Shown in pieces: positions 13,853-26,940 of a stretch of 64,000 nucleotides of DNA. How positions within the stretch are numbered: the stretch's first letter is position 1; the number at the start of each line of letters is the position of its first letter. This DNA comes from the human T2T-CHM13v2.0 reference genome, Homo sapiens. The notes beneath the pieces were generated by a model. It did no database searches. It was given only the letters and a program-made list of their open reading frames with translations, and had not been told where the DNA came from. The position numbers were made by a program, and so were the translations under genes. The DNA is taken from assembly GCF_009914755.1 (NCBI RefSeq), contig NC_060928.1; one strand, written 5' to 3'.

Positions 13853-16164
13853 TGATATGGTTTGGCTCTGTGTCCGCACCCAAATCTCATGTCAAATTGT
13901 AATTCCTAATGTTGAGGGAGGGACCTGATGGAAAATGATTGGATCATAGGGGCAAATTTCCCCCATGCTGTACTCATGATAGTAAGTTCTCATGAAATCT
14001 GATTGTTCGAAAATGTGTGGCATTTCTCCCCCACCTTCTGCCACCACGTGAAGAAGGTGCTTACTTCTCCTTCACCTTCTGCCATGATTTTAAGTTTCCC
14101 GAGGCCTTCTAGTCATGCTTCCTGTTAAGCCTGCAGAACTGTGAGCCAATTAAACTTCTTTTCTTCATAAATTACCCAGTCTCAGGTAGTATCTTTATGG
14201 CAGTATGAAAACAAATTAATACAGAAAATTGGTACCAGGAGTGGGGCACTGCTATAAAGATGCTTGAAAAAGTAGAAGTGACTTTGGAACTGGGTAATGG
14301 GCAGAGGTTGGGACAGTTTGGAGAGCTCAAAAGAAGACAGGAATATGTGGGAAAGTTTGTAACTTCCTAGAGACTTGTGAAATGGTTTTGACCAAAATGC
14401 TGATAGTGATATGGACAATGAAGTTGAGGCTGAGGTGGCCTCAGATGAATATGAGGAACTTTTTGGGAACTGGAGTAAAAGTCACTCTTGTTATGTTTTA
14501 GCAAAGAGACTGGCAGCATTTTGCCTCTGCCCTAGAAATCTGTGGAAATTTGAACTTGAGAGAGATGATTTAGGGTATTTGTTGGATGAAATTTCTAAGG
14601 AGCAAAGCATTCAAGAGTTGACTTGGTTTTTCTGAACATGTATGCTCATATGCATGAACAAAGAGATTATCTGAACTGGAACTTACATTTAAAAGGGGAG
14701 CAGAGCATAAAAGTTTGGAAAATTTGCGGCCCAGCCATGTGGTATAAAAGAAAAACTCATTTTCTGGGGAGAAATTCAACCTGCTGCAGACATTTGCATA
14801 AGTAAAGAGTAGCCAAATGTTAATAACCAAGACAATGGGGAAAATGTCTCCAGGGCATTTCAGAGACCTTTCTGGCAGCCCCTGCCATCACAGGCCTGGA
14901 AGCCTAGGAGAAGAAAAATGGTTTCATGGGCCAAGCCCAGGGACCTGCTGCTTTGTGGAGCCTCTGGATATGACATCCTGTGTTCCAGCCATTCCAGCCC
15001 CAGCCATGGCTAAAAAGGGCCAAGGTACAGCTCAGGCCATTGGTTCAGATGGTGCAAGCCCCAAGCCTTGTTGACTTCCACATGCTGTGGGGCCTTCAGG
15101 TGCCCAAAAGGCAAGAAGTGAAGGTTGGGAACCTCCACCTAGATTTCAGAGGATGCATGGAAAAGCCTGGATGTCCTGGCAGAAGTCTGCTGCAGGGGAA
15201 GAGCCCTCATGAAGAACCTCTACTAGGGCAGTGCAGAGGGGAAATCTGGGGTTGCCTAGTGGAACTGTGAGAAGAGGGTCACTATCCTTCAGACCCCAGA
15301 GTGGTAGATCCACTGAAAGCTTGCAGCATACACTTGGAAATGCTGCAGGCACTCAATGCCAGTCCATGAAAGCAGCCACAGAGGCCGTACTCTGCAGAAC
15401 AACAGGGATGGAGCTGCTTAAGATCTTGGGAGCCCATCCTTTGTGTCAGTGGAGCTTGGATATGAGACATACAGTCAAAGGAGATTATTTTTGACCTTTA
15501 AGGTTTAATGACTGCTCTGCTGGATTTCAGGCCTGCATAGGGCCTGTAGCCCTTTGTTTTGGCCAATTTCTCCCTTTTGGAATGGGAGCATTTACCCAAT
15601 GCCTGTACTCCTATTGTACCTTGGAAGTAACTAACTTGGTTTTGATTTTACAGGCACATAGGCAGCAGGGACTTAGCTTGTTTCTGATGAGACTTTGGCC
15701 TTGGATTTTTGAGTTAATGCTGGAATGAGTTAAGACTTTGGGGGACTGTTGGGAAGGCATGATTGGTTTTGAAATGTGAGGACATGCAATTTGGGAGGGT
15801 CCAGGGGAGGAATGATATGGTTTGGCTCTGTGTCCCCACCCAAATCTCATGTTGAATAATAATTCCCAATGCTGGTGGGAGGTGATTGGATCATGGGGGC
15901 AAATTTCCCAAACTTCTCATGATAGTGAGTGATTTCTCCTGAGATCTGATGGTTTAAAAGCGTATGGCACTTCCCCACAGCCGCCATCATGTAAAGAAGG
16001 TACTGGCTTCCCCTTCACCTTCTGCCATGATTGTGAGTTTCTTGAGGCTTCCCATTCATGCTTCCCATTAAGCCTGTGCAACTGTGAGTCAATTAAACCT
16101 CTTGCTTCACAAATTATCCAGTCTCAGGTAGTTCTTTATAGCAGTGTGAAAACAGCATAATACA
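13853..16164 (+). mobile_element. Full-length THE1D-like MaLR element (5' LTR 13853-14223, internal 14224-15812, 3' LTR 15813-16164)
   Basis: Two direct LTRs starting tgatatggtttggctctgtgtcc and ending taataca; internal region gives broken MaLR ORF fragments (14411..14635, 15231..15494); polypurine tract before the 3' LTR. Confidence 0.93.
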
Positions 16165-17703
16165 GATATCAAAGAGTCTATATGAAGGGAATAATTGTAG
16201 AAAAGTTAATGTTTCAGGTCTTCATGTTTACATCCCACTGAAACTATATTCCTGGTGTATATTGAGTTGTTGCAAAACCATGTATCATCTGTAGGTGGAG
16301 CTGTAACCTTTTTCAGAACCATAACATTTTGAGTTGGGAGGAACCTTGGAGAAGCTGAGGGTAAATTGGGGTGCCCTCTGAGTCACCTGAAGAGACTTAA
16401 AAATTTGGATTCCTGGGCACCAGAATCTTGGAGATTCCAATTCAGGAGGCCTCCAATGAGTCCCAGTGATAGGGATGACGGGGGATGGAATCCTTCCAGC
16501 TCACCTTGGGACCACTCTGCACAACATAGACACCAACTCTGCCTGATGAATTTGCAGAGGAGCATTTATCATTTTCCTGGAGAGACAGCACTTGTTACTT
16601 GTTTCTCCTCATGAGACCAACGATCTTTCTAAAAAATTTCGTTTGCCCAATTTTACGGTCCTATAAATGGGAGTTATCTCATCTCTTTTGATAAAACCAC
16701 AATATTGGTGTTTTGGATTATAACAGAAGACCCCAGAGACTGGAGACTGCTTAGGAGTTTTCTTCTCCATTTAGCTCTTTTTAAATAAAACTTCAAATTG
16801 TTGATCTGCATGATCCCTGCCTTCTACTAGGAGATGGTGTGGGAAAGTAGAGAAGATATTTTTGTATCTGTATGTATAGGGCTTTCTGAGTGAAGAAATC
16901 TGAGGCTTAGGATAAAGAACAAGCCTGAAAGTGAGATGGTGATTTAAATCCAGGAGACCTTAACAGGGATTTAAAGAGTTAGCTACGTATTTACATTTCA
17001 AATGGGGGAATAAGGCCCTTGGTTGTAAACTCCAGTTTGTCTTACTTACCCTTGGGGATGTGACATTTATTTACATTCAGAAGGGAAAGAAACCGGAAAC
17101 TTCCTCTTTCCTTCCCAAAGGGCCTACATGTACAGTAAGACCAGATTTCCCTCCCTCTCTCTGGAGTGGAGAGGGCAACTTGTATATAGGCTTGCAGATT
17201 CGTGTTTTCTGGGGTTCCTCTCCCGTGATACAAGAAACTCCTTTGGGTGGGCATGTGTGGCTCTCATTGTGCCACTCCTGAAGGGAAAAGAATTGAGGCA
17301 TGAGGAATGGATGCAGTTATTGCTATAAATAAGTAATAATTATTGATTTGATCCAGAAACCTCACGTTTGCATTTGGGATAATACAAAGCAACATAGATA
17401 TTAAAAGCTTATCAGCTGGGAGTCTGAAGAATATTATGGCTCCAGAGATGGTATAGATGGTATGGTTCCATTGATGGGGTCAAACAGCTGAGAGCTTGCC
17501 TAGACTTATGGCTGAGCCTCTTCATTGACAATGGCGTAGTGTCTAATGTAGAAGTGAGGTGGCAGGGCACGGACATCTTCTGATTTCTTTTTCTGTTTCA
17601 ATCAGGAAAGAAAGAAAGGGCCCATGGTGATATCTGTTCACTATCTTCCTTTGCTTTTTTGGCATTTAATATTTTGGTATGTTTATTTGGCATATGTACA
17701 ATA

Positions 17704-17901
17704 CAGGGGTGTGCTGATAACTTTTACAGCCAGCTCCCTAGGAAAAAAGTCCTAATTTGTAGTGTTTGCCAATATCTATGGTGTAAACACTCCCACCATA
17801 GTTGATTTTAGGCTACCAACATGATGTCAACCAGTATGCAAAGTTTCTGAAAATTTAACAATAGGCTCTTTCAAGCTATGAGCCAACTGTGCCACACCAT
17901 T
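17704..17901 (-). mobile_element. hAT DNA transposon relic (MER63-like)
   Basis: Ends caggggtgtgctg / gccacaccattg and internal ggtgtaaacactcccaccat...gctaccaac match the recalled MER63 consensus. Confidence 0.7.
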
Positions 17902-17989
17902 GATATATGGCTAAAACAAACAAAACAAAATAGAACAAGTGTATCAAAAGGTCAAGCAATATAGGAGAATTTCAAATGACATATGTAGT

Positions 17990-18380
17990 GGTCTCCCACT
18001 CCATTAAGAGTTGGAGTTTAATTCCCCCACTTCTTGTCATTGAGAGTGGACTACATTTAATGACTCCTTCCAAAGAATAACACAGGGACAGGGAAAAACA
18101 GTACCTTTGCAGTGGAGAAACCTGGAAAACACTGTCTTAGTCAGGTAATAAAAGTTAAGGTAGTATAGTGGTATCATGCAAATATCATGTATCACCTAAT
18201 CTGATGTGATGTAATTCACATCAGTAAGGTTTTTGTAAAAAGCCAATAACCCCAGGATAATTGCAAGAAAAACATCAGACAAACTCAAATTACAGGACAT
18301 TCTACAGGACATCTGGCCAGTATGCCTCAAGACTCCCAAGGTCATGACCATCAAGGATAGACTGAGAAGTAAATTCATTT
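17990..18380 (+). mobile_element. L1MC-type 3' UTR fragment
   Basis: gcagtggagaaacctggaaaacac...catcagacaaactcaaatt...caaggtcatg. Confidence 0.65.
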
Positions 18381-18898
18381 TTTGAAGTACATTCTTTAAA
18401 TCAAAGGAACGCTTGTCTGCTTTTGCATATTATATGGCTTTGTTTTGGGTATTTTTAGAAAGTGTTCATTTTCTATCCATTTAGAAATGTAGACATTAGG
18501 ATCAAATTTTATATTTGTAAATCTCATTTTACCACCAGATTTATAAAATTACTTCAGAATTACTGCAGATAGGTTATATCATCCGTCTGTGAGATAAATC
18601 GATACAAAAGAAAATATGTACAAAATTTCTTGGAGGTTTAGCCCCTTCAAGTTCTCAAACTAACAAAAGTACAATGCACAGTGATCTTCACTCTGTGACA
18701 AGCAAATGCTATTTGATGGAATGTTAAATGTGGTGAGAACGTGGACAGAATGTGGGCTCTAGCCCCTGATTTGACAGAGGAAAATGGAAGCTCAGTGGAC
18801 CTGCTCAGTGTCAAGTCAAGCCCCCAGGCATTTCGACTCTCACCCCATGATTTCTTCCATCACCTTCAGCTGGTAAAAGTGCATTAGAGCATGAGAAA

Positions 18899-19975
18899 TG
18901 TGAACTAAAAGAAAATCCGAACTCCCCCAACTGACTGAATACACCACCTCCCCTTGGCCAAGGGTACCCCAGAGAAACTAAAAACTGAGTTCCTGGCCAT
19001 GATGGGACAGTAGATCAGATACCCCTCATTATAACCTCTTCCTTTTGGGTTTAGACACGACTGATCAGCATTGATGTTAAAATAGAGATCATAAGACTGA
19101 CAGAATGGACTCTGTGGCAATATGATCCCAACCTGTAAACCTAAGACCATGCCAGGCAAGACCTATGCCCCTACACTTAAAAGACTAAAATATGTTCTTT
19201 TTTTAAAAAACTGCTTAACATTTTTTGTTTCTTGTTTTTATCTATTTACTTATTTTTATTTTTAGTAGAGATGGGGTTTTGCCATGTTGTCCAGGCTTAT
19301 CTTGAGCTCCTGGGCTCAAGCAATCCCCCTGCCTCGGCCTCCAAAAGTGCTGGGATTATAGGCATGAGCCATCACAGCTGGCAACAAATAAACTATGTTC
19401 TAACTGCCACAGGTTTTTATTTTTCTCTAGCAGTGAAACAAGCACTGGCTTCAAGATAAGCAATATTAAAATAATTTGCTGCTCATCTACCACAAGATAC
19501 TGACTGGTTCTCCTGTTCCAAAAGCCACAGGTATAGCTTTCACTGGACAAGAGACTGATTTCAATCACTTTCTCCTGATAAGAGGCCACTGATCATGAAC
19601 TGGTTTTGGTCAGTTTACAGAGACTGCACACTGGAATGCTTTTGTGTCCTGTAAAGACCTATATAATACACTTAAAGGTTAAGTCTCTATCCCATAGTGA
19701 ACATAGGTTGTATGTTTATTCAGTACACTTGAGTTAGGACCACCTTCATGAATATTCATAGCTCCTCCTGTAATCTGTTGAATAAGTATACTTGGACAAC
19801 CTGTTCAGCTTAAATTCCTGTCTCACGCTTCCCTCTCTCCAAGTGCCTGATTCTAGGCTTGGACTGGAGGCTACACTCTGAGCCTGTCAGAATGGTCACT
19901 TTACAAGCTGTAATCCTCTATAAGAAATAAAGTGTCCTTTCCAAACTTATAGATCTCATTAGTCTTAAGTTGACA
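18899..19975 (+). mobile_element. MER4-family (ERV1) solo LTR interrupted by an Alu monomer
   Basis: TG...CA ends (tgtgaactaaaa ... ttaagttgaca), ccccaactgactgaat, cttcatgaatattcatagctcc, AATAAA near the 3' end. Confidence 0.85.
19200..19382 (-). mobile_element. Free left Alu monomer (FLAM-like)
   Basis: T-rich tail plus a left-arm-only Alu sequence; flanked by taaaatatgttct / taaactatgttct, an approximate TSD. Confidence 0.8.
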
Positions 19976-20775
19976 GGAAGAACCATAACAAAGTATTAAG
20001 CAAACAATGCTGAAAAGAAAAATTAATATATCTACAGCACTTTAACAAGCATCCTCTTGTTTTCAACAATAATCCATGTCTGGAAAACAATCATTTATCA
20101 ATGTACTAACTTTTCTACAGCTGCTTACTCTTTCTTGAGCAAAAATCTTTAACTTTAAAATATATTTTAAAACTTTGCTTTTAGCTTTAATTGCCTATCC
20201 ATTTGCCTCCATTGTAGGAATTATAAAAACACTCATTTTTTTCTTCCCTAAATGAGAAATACCTGATAAACTAAGGGTTTTCCTGTGTACTGGTGTGCTA
20301 TAAAACAACTTCAGGCAAAGGATGATTCCAACTAGATATCAAATTCACATGGACTAAGTCTCCTGCCTGTGAAAGAATTTTTTGAAATGCCACAGAAGCA
20401 AGAGAGAAGGTGGTGGATCTGAGACTGTGAATAAAAACTGTAAAAAACTCCCAGAGACAAAACAACGGTTGGGTCACAATATAGAGGAAAAATGGCAGCT
20501 TAGAATAGAAGAAGGCAGGAACTGCAGACGGTGGAAGCTCTGTCGTTGTGTTTGTTTCTCTCTCTAATGTTTTCTGCCAATATAAATCAGAAAAACAGTA
20601 TCATAAGCTTAGCCCTCGCTATAGACCACAGAGAAATGATACATGCAACTGGGGTGGGAAGAAAATAAAAGCTGAGGACAAACCTCTCCATTCCTCTCTA
20701 CAGAGCAAGGATTAGTTATTTAGATTATAAAATTGCAGCACCCAGGGCAGAGGTCCAGGGAGGTACTTTGAAGGC

Positions 20776-23400
20776 TGTTATGGATTGAATTGTGTCTTTC
20801 AAACTATATATTTTTTATAAAGGCATCAAAATTTATATGTTGAAGTCTTAAGCCCCAGTACCTGAGAATGTGACCTTATTTGGAAATAGGGTCGTCATAG
20901 ATATAATTAGTTAAGATGAAATTATACTGGAATAGGGTGGGCCTTTAATCCAATATGCTGTTGTCTTTATAAAAAGGAGAAATTTGGACACAGACATACA
21001 CACAGGGAGAATGCCATGTAAATATGAAGGCAGAGACTAGGGCGATATGGCTAGAAGTCTAGAAATGTCAAAGATTGCCAGGTGATATGGTTTGGCTGTG
21101 TCCCCACCCAAATCTCATCTTAAATTCCCATGTGTTATTGGAGGGAACTTGTGGGAGGTAATTGAATCATGGGGGCAGGTCCCTCCTGTGCTGTTCTCAT
21201 GATAGTGAATAACTCTCAAGAGACCTGATGATTTTTGAAAAGGGGAGTTTCCCTACACAAGCTCTCTTCTCTTTTCTGCCAACATGTGAGACATGCCTTT
21301 CACCTTCCACCATGATTGTGAGGCCTCCACAGCCACTTGGAACTGTAAGTCCAATAAACCTCTTTCTTTTGTAAATTGCCCAGTCTTGGGTGTGTCTTTA
21401 TCCACAGTGTGAAAACGGACTAATACGCTAAAATGGTATGAGTAGAGTGGGGTGCTGCTGAAAAGATTCCCAAAAATGTGGAAGCGACTTTGGAACTGCA
21501 TAACAGGCAGAAGTTGGAACAGTTTGGAGGGCTCAGAAGAAGACAGGAAAATGTGGGAAAGTTTGGAACTTCCTAGAGATGTGTTGAATGGCTTTGATCA
21601 AAATGCTGATAGTGATATGAACTATAAGGATCAAGCTGAGGTGATCTCAGATGGAGATGATTGATATGAACTATAAGGTCCAAGCTGAGGTGATCTCAGA
21701 TGGAGATATTGTTGGAAACTGGAGCAAACAACTTTGTTACAAAGAGCAAAACTCTTGTTATCTTTTAGCAAAGAAACTATTGGCATTTTGCCCCTGCCCT
21801 AGAGATTTGTGGAACTTTAAACTTGAGAGAGATGATTTAGGGTATCTTGCAGAAGAAATTTCTAAGCAGCAAAGCATTCAAAAGGAGTCTTGGGTGCTGT
21901 TAAAGGTATTCAGTATTATAAGGGAAGCAGAGCATAAAAGTTTGGAAAATTTGCAGCCTGACAACGTGATAGAGAAGAAAATCCCATTTCAAGAGAAATT
22001 CAAGCCTGCTACAAAATTTTGCATAAGTAACAAGAAGCCAAATGTTAATCCCAAAGACATTAGGGAAAATGTCTCCAGGACATGTCAGAGGTCTTCATGG
22101 CAGCCCCTCCCATCACAGGCCCGGAGGCCTAGGAGGAAAAAATGGTTTCGTGGGCTAGGCCCAGGGTCTTCGTGCTGTTTGCAGCCTAAGAACTTAGTGT
22201 CTTGCATCCCACCCACTCTAGCCATGACTAAAAGGGGGCAAGGTACAGCTCAGGCCATGGCTTCAGAGGGTGCAAGTCCCAAGATTTGTCAGATTCCATG
22301 TGGTGTGGGTACACAGAAGTGGAGAATTGAGGTTTGGGAACCTCTGCCTAGATTTCAGAGGATGTATGAAAACACCTGGATACACCAACAGCTTGCACTG
22401 TGCACCTGGAAAAGCCACAGACACTCAATGCCAGCCCGTGAAAGCAGTGAAGAGGGAGGCTGTACCCTGCAAAGCCACAGGGGTGGAACTGCCTGAGACC
22501 ATGGGAACCCATCTTTTACATCAGCATGACCTGGATATCAGACATGGAGTCAAAGGAGACCATGTGGAGCTTTAAGATTTGACTGCTCTGCTGAATTTCT
22601 GACTTGCATGGGGTCTGTATCCCCTTTGTTTTGGCCAATTTCTCCCGTTTGGAACAGCTGTATTTACCCAATGCCTGTACCCCCATTGTATCTAGGAAGT
22701 AACTAACTTGATTTTGGTTTTACAGGCTCATAGGAGGAAGGGACTTGCCTTGTCTTGGATGAGATTTTGGACTACGGACTTTTGAGTTAATGCTGAAATG
22801 AGTTAAGACTTTGGAGGACTGTTGGGGAGGCATGATTGGTTTTGAAATGTGAGGACATGAAAAGGCCAGGGGAAGAATGATATGGTTTGGCTCTGTGTCC
22901 CCACACAAATCTCATCTTAAATTCCCATGTCTTATGGGAGGGACCCTGTGGGACGTAATTTAATCATGGGAGCAGGTCTTTCCTATGCTGTCTTGTGGTA
23001 GTGAATATGTCTTTTGGTAGTGAATAAGTCTCACGAGATTTGATGGTTTATAAAATAGGAGTTTTCCTGCACAAGCTCTTCTTCTCTTATCTGCTGCCAT
23101 GTGAGACATGCTTTTCACCTTCTGCCATGATTGTGAGGCCTCCCCAGTCACTGTAAGTTCTTTCTTTTGTAAATTGCCTAGTCGTGGGTATGTCTTTATC
23201 AGCAGTGTGAAAATGAACTAATACACCAGCAAACCACCAGAAGCTAGGGGAGAACTGGAACCAGTTCTTCCTCACATCCCTCAGAATGAAACAAGTCTTC
23301 TGACACCTTGATCTCGGACTTCTTGCCTCCAGAACTATGGGACAATATACTGTTTAAACCATTCTGTTGGTGGTACCTTGTTAAAGCAGTGCTAGCAAAG
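20776..23400 (+). mobile_element. MLT1B/C-like MaLR LTR split in two by a THE1 insertion (pieces about 20776-21082 and 23226-23400)
   Basis: tgttatggattgaattgtgtc...aaagattgccag resumes as ccagcaaaccaccagaagctagg...cctccagaact. Confidence 0.85.
21083..23225 (+). mobile_element. Full-length THE1B-like MaLR element (5' LTR 21083-21427, internal 21428-22877, 3' LTR 22878-23225)
   Basis: Direct LTRs tgatatggtttggc...ctaatac(a/g); 5-bp TSD ccagg/ccagc; internal ORFs 21452..21664 and 21651..22496. Confidence 0.95.
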
Positions 23401-24696
23401 GTCAATGTTGCTGGTAGAAGTGGCAAGTGGACAATACCAAGATAAATAAGTAATCCTAGAGGCCCAATGTCCTGAGGCAGGATCCATTCTCCTCAGACTT
23501 ACAGGAGGGAAACCAGGAGCTGAACTTTTGCCTCTCCTGGTAGAGATGATATGGTGAAGCCATTCATATTTACTAGATGCAGTAGAATGAATGGAGCATA
23601 TTAAAAATATCTAAATAGATATAGTAAATATCTCAAAGGAGTAGTCAAGGGAATTTGTAATAAAGGCCAGAACAAGCACTTGCAAAGAATAACCAACTTG
23701 AAAATTAGGATGTGAGAAGTCTATAATGGAAACAGTGGACTCTTATCAAACCAAAAAAAAAAAAAAAAAGGAGAAGGAATGAAGATAATTAGGGTCTTTG
23801 TACTGTTTGGAGAAACGTAGAGTTAATGCTAAGTTTTAGAGACCCATATAGAAAAATAAACACAAGTATAGGTCTTAATAGTTAAGGGTAAACACTTTGA
23901 AAGTAGAATGAATGACTTTCATGCAGAAGACAACTTGATAACAGATATATAAGCAAAAAAATCCTAACTGATGACATTTTCTTTTAGCACATGAGAAATA
24001 TTAATGAAAATTAACTAGGTATCCAAATAAATGGTCTAAATAAGAATAATTGTATGATTAGTAGATTAAAATATCTGATAAAATTCAAAATATATTTATG
24101 TTAAAACCTCTTAGCAAATTCAGACTAGCAGGGAATTTCTTAAACTTGATAAAATATCCATACCTAAACCTTACTGTAGGATGATCTTTAATGGTAAAAT
24201 CTTTGATCATTCTCATTAGATCAGGAAAATAGAATGCAACCTTTTATTACTGCTACTGTGAATGTGGTTTTGGCTTTGGAGGTCTTGGGTGCTACTGTCA
24301 GCCAAGAGAAATAAAATTTAAAGACTGGAAAGGATGAGAAGAGTAACATAATTGAAGATGATATGATAATCTACACAAAACTCAAACCGTCATGAACTAG
24401 AATTAATAAGACATATCAGTAATATTTGCAGAGACTGTATCAAATGATAATAGTGTTTCTCTATACCAGCAACATCAAACTAGAACATATAATGGAAAAT
24501 AACATAACATTTACAACAGCAATAAATCTCTAGCATATTTAAGAATTTACTTAACAAAATATAAGAGCTTTACAGATCATAATTTAAAGCTTTATTAAAG
24601 GAAATAGACAAAGACTTGAATATATGAAAATGCCATTATGTTAATGGGTGGAATGACCTAAAATTGTAATAGAGTCAGTTCTTTAAAAATTAATTT

Positions 24697-25013
<317 letters not shown>

Positions 25014-25412
25014 TTAGAAATTAATGCAGTTTATAAACATCAGCATTTTTAAAATAAACTTAAGACTTATCTCAAATTTGTGGTTAATACTAAAAGTCCA
25101 TGAATAGCTAAGTTAATTTTTAAAAAGAAGAGAAAATGAAAGAGAATTTCTTAGCAGATATGAAGATATACTACAAAACCATGGAAACAAAAACAGTACT
25201 ATCACAGGAACATTCAACTATCACAATGAAATGGAACAGGAAATTCAGAAGCAGATCCATATATATCTAGGAATTGATATATGATAGAGGTGGCAAGACA
25301 AGTCGGTGGCTCAAGGACAGATTGTTAAGAAGTTGATATTGGGAAATAGACTCATATTAAGGAGAAAAATAAAGTGAGATCTTCATCTTATTCCATAAGC
25401 AAGGAGAGGATC

Positions 25413-25635
25413 TTTCATTTATTTCTTTTATTTTTCAGACAGGGTTTCATTCTGTCACCCAGACTGGAGTGCAGTGGCACGATCACGGCTCACTGTAGTC
25501 TCCACCTTCAGGTTCAAGCGACCCTCTCACCTCAGCTTCCTGAGTAGCTGGGACCAAGGCATACGCCACCATGTCTGGCTAATTTTTGTATTTTTTAGTA
25601 GAGATGATGTCTCACTCTGTTTTCCAGGCTGGTCA
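25413..25635 (-). mobile_element. 5'-truncated AluJ-like element
   Basis: agacagggtttcattctgtcacccagactggagtgcagtggcacgatcacggctcactg...caggctggtc. Confidence 0.88.
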
Positions 25636-26729
25636 AGGGAGGAACTTTTAGATAATTAGAGACTTCAATGTGAAACATACAGCTACAATCTAATGAAAAA
25701 AATAGGAGAATTTTTGAATGGGATTAATACCTAGAATATACAAAGTACTCCTGCAAACCAACAAGAAAAAGGTAAGAAAGCCAACTCTGTCATCAAAGGA
25801 CATAAGTAGGGGAGTCATAGAATGGGAAATTTAAATAGCTTAGGAGAAAAGTTCAACATCTCTCATAACCATAGAAATTCCCAAGTTAAATGGCAACATG
25901 ACCCCACAGTACATCTATCAGATTAATGAAAATCATATTGTTGGAGGATATTTAGTTCAACAAGGATGGCAGGGTTGGAGAGGGAGAAACAATAAGCTTC
26001 ACCTCTCAGCCTGTGGGAGCTGTGGGAAATGTGATCTAGCCCGTTGTTAACTGGATCAACACTCTGGGGAGTGGGCTGGCAAGCAATATGGCAGAAACCG
26101 GGAAGATAATATTTTTTAAGTTGTAAACTAAACAGGTTTTAATTAAAAATATAAACTTACAAAAATAGTGTTTTTTTGCACAAAATATCATGCTGGAGGA
26201 CATAAAATAATTTATATCAATAGTCATGCGCACCTCAATGAGCAGCAGAAGTCCATATTTATTCTCCAGGCTATGTGGTTTGGAGGAACAAGGGTATCCT
26301 TTGGGTCAGACCCTCTACCTCCAACTTCAGTGCTCTTTCTACTGCACCACAGACAACTTGCTGTTGCTGTGAAAACCACTAGTGCCAGGAGACCGAAACC
26401 AGCTGCAGATTGCTCTTGCTAATGGTCAGCCCAGACTGAAAAGCCAGCCACACAGGCCTAAATAAAATAATACTTAAAAAAATTACTTGGGTTGCCATCC
26501 CAATGCTGATTGAAAGGTTTCAAAGATTGGATCTATTAGAGCAAACTGCTGATTCATCTTGTTTCTCTGCTGTTAACTGAGTTTCTAACATTTAGGGACA
26601 TCCTAATCACTCCTACAGAAATAAAGGACAAACTCCTTGATTTCAAAATCATGGGAATACATTTTTTGGAGAGAGTGACCTCAGCTTCTTTTCCTTTTCT
26701 GAGGGTCCTATTATTCAAGAAACATGTTT

Positions 26730-26940
26730 TGATCCCCAGCTGTGTGCCAGGAAACATGCAAAGTGCATTACATACCTTGACTCATTGAATCCTCCCACAG
26801 ACCCCACATATAGGAACCATCGGATCCCTGTGTACAGATGAAGAACTGAGTCTTGGAAAGCTTAACTACCTTGCTCACAGTCACACGTTAAGGTCTAAAG
26901 TGAGAAATTAAACCAAGTCTTCCAATCTCAAAGACTTTAA
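26730..26940. mobile_element. MIR SINE
   Basis: ctcattgaatcctc...tacagatgaagaactgag...cttgctcacagtcacac. Confidence 0.7.
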
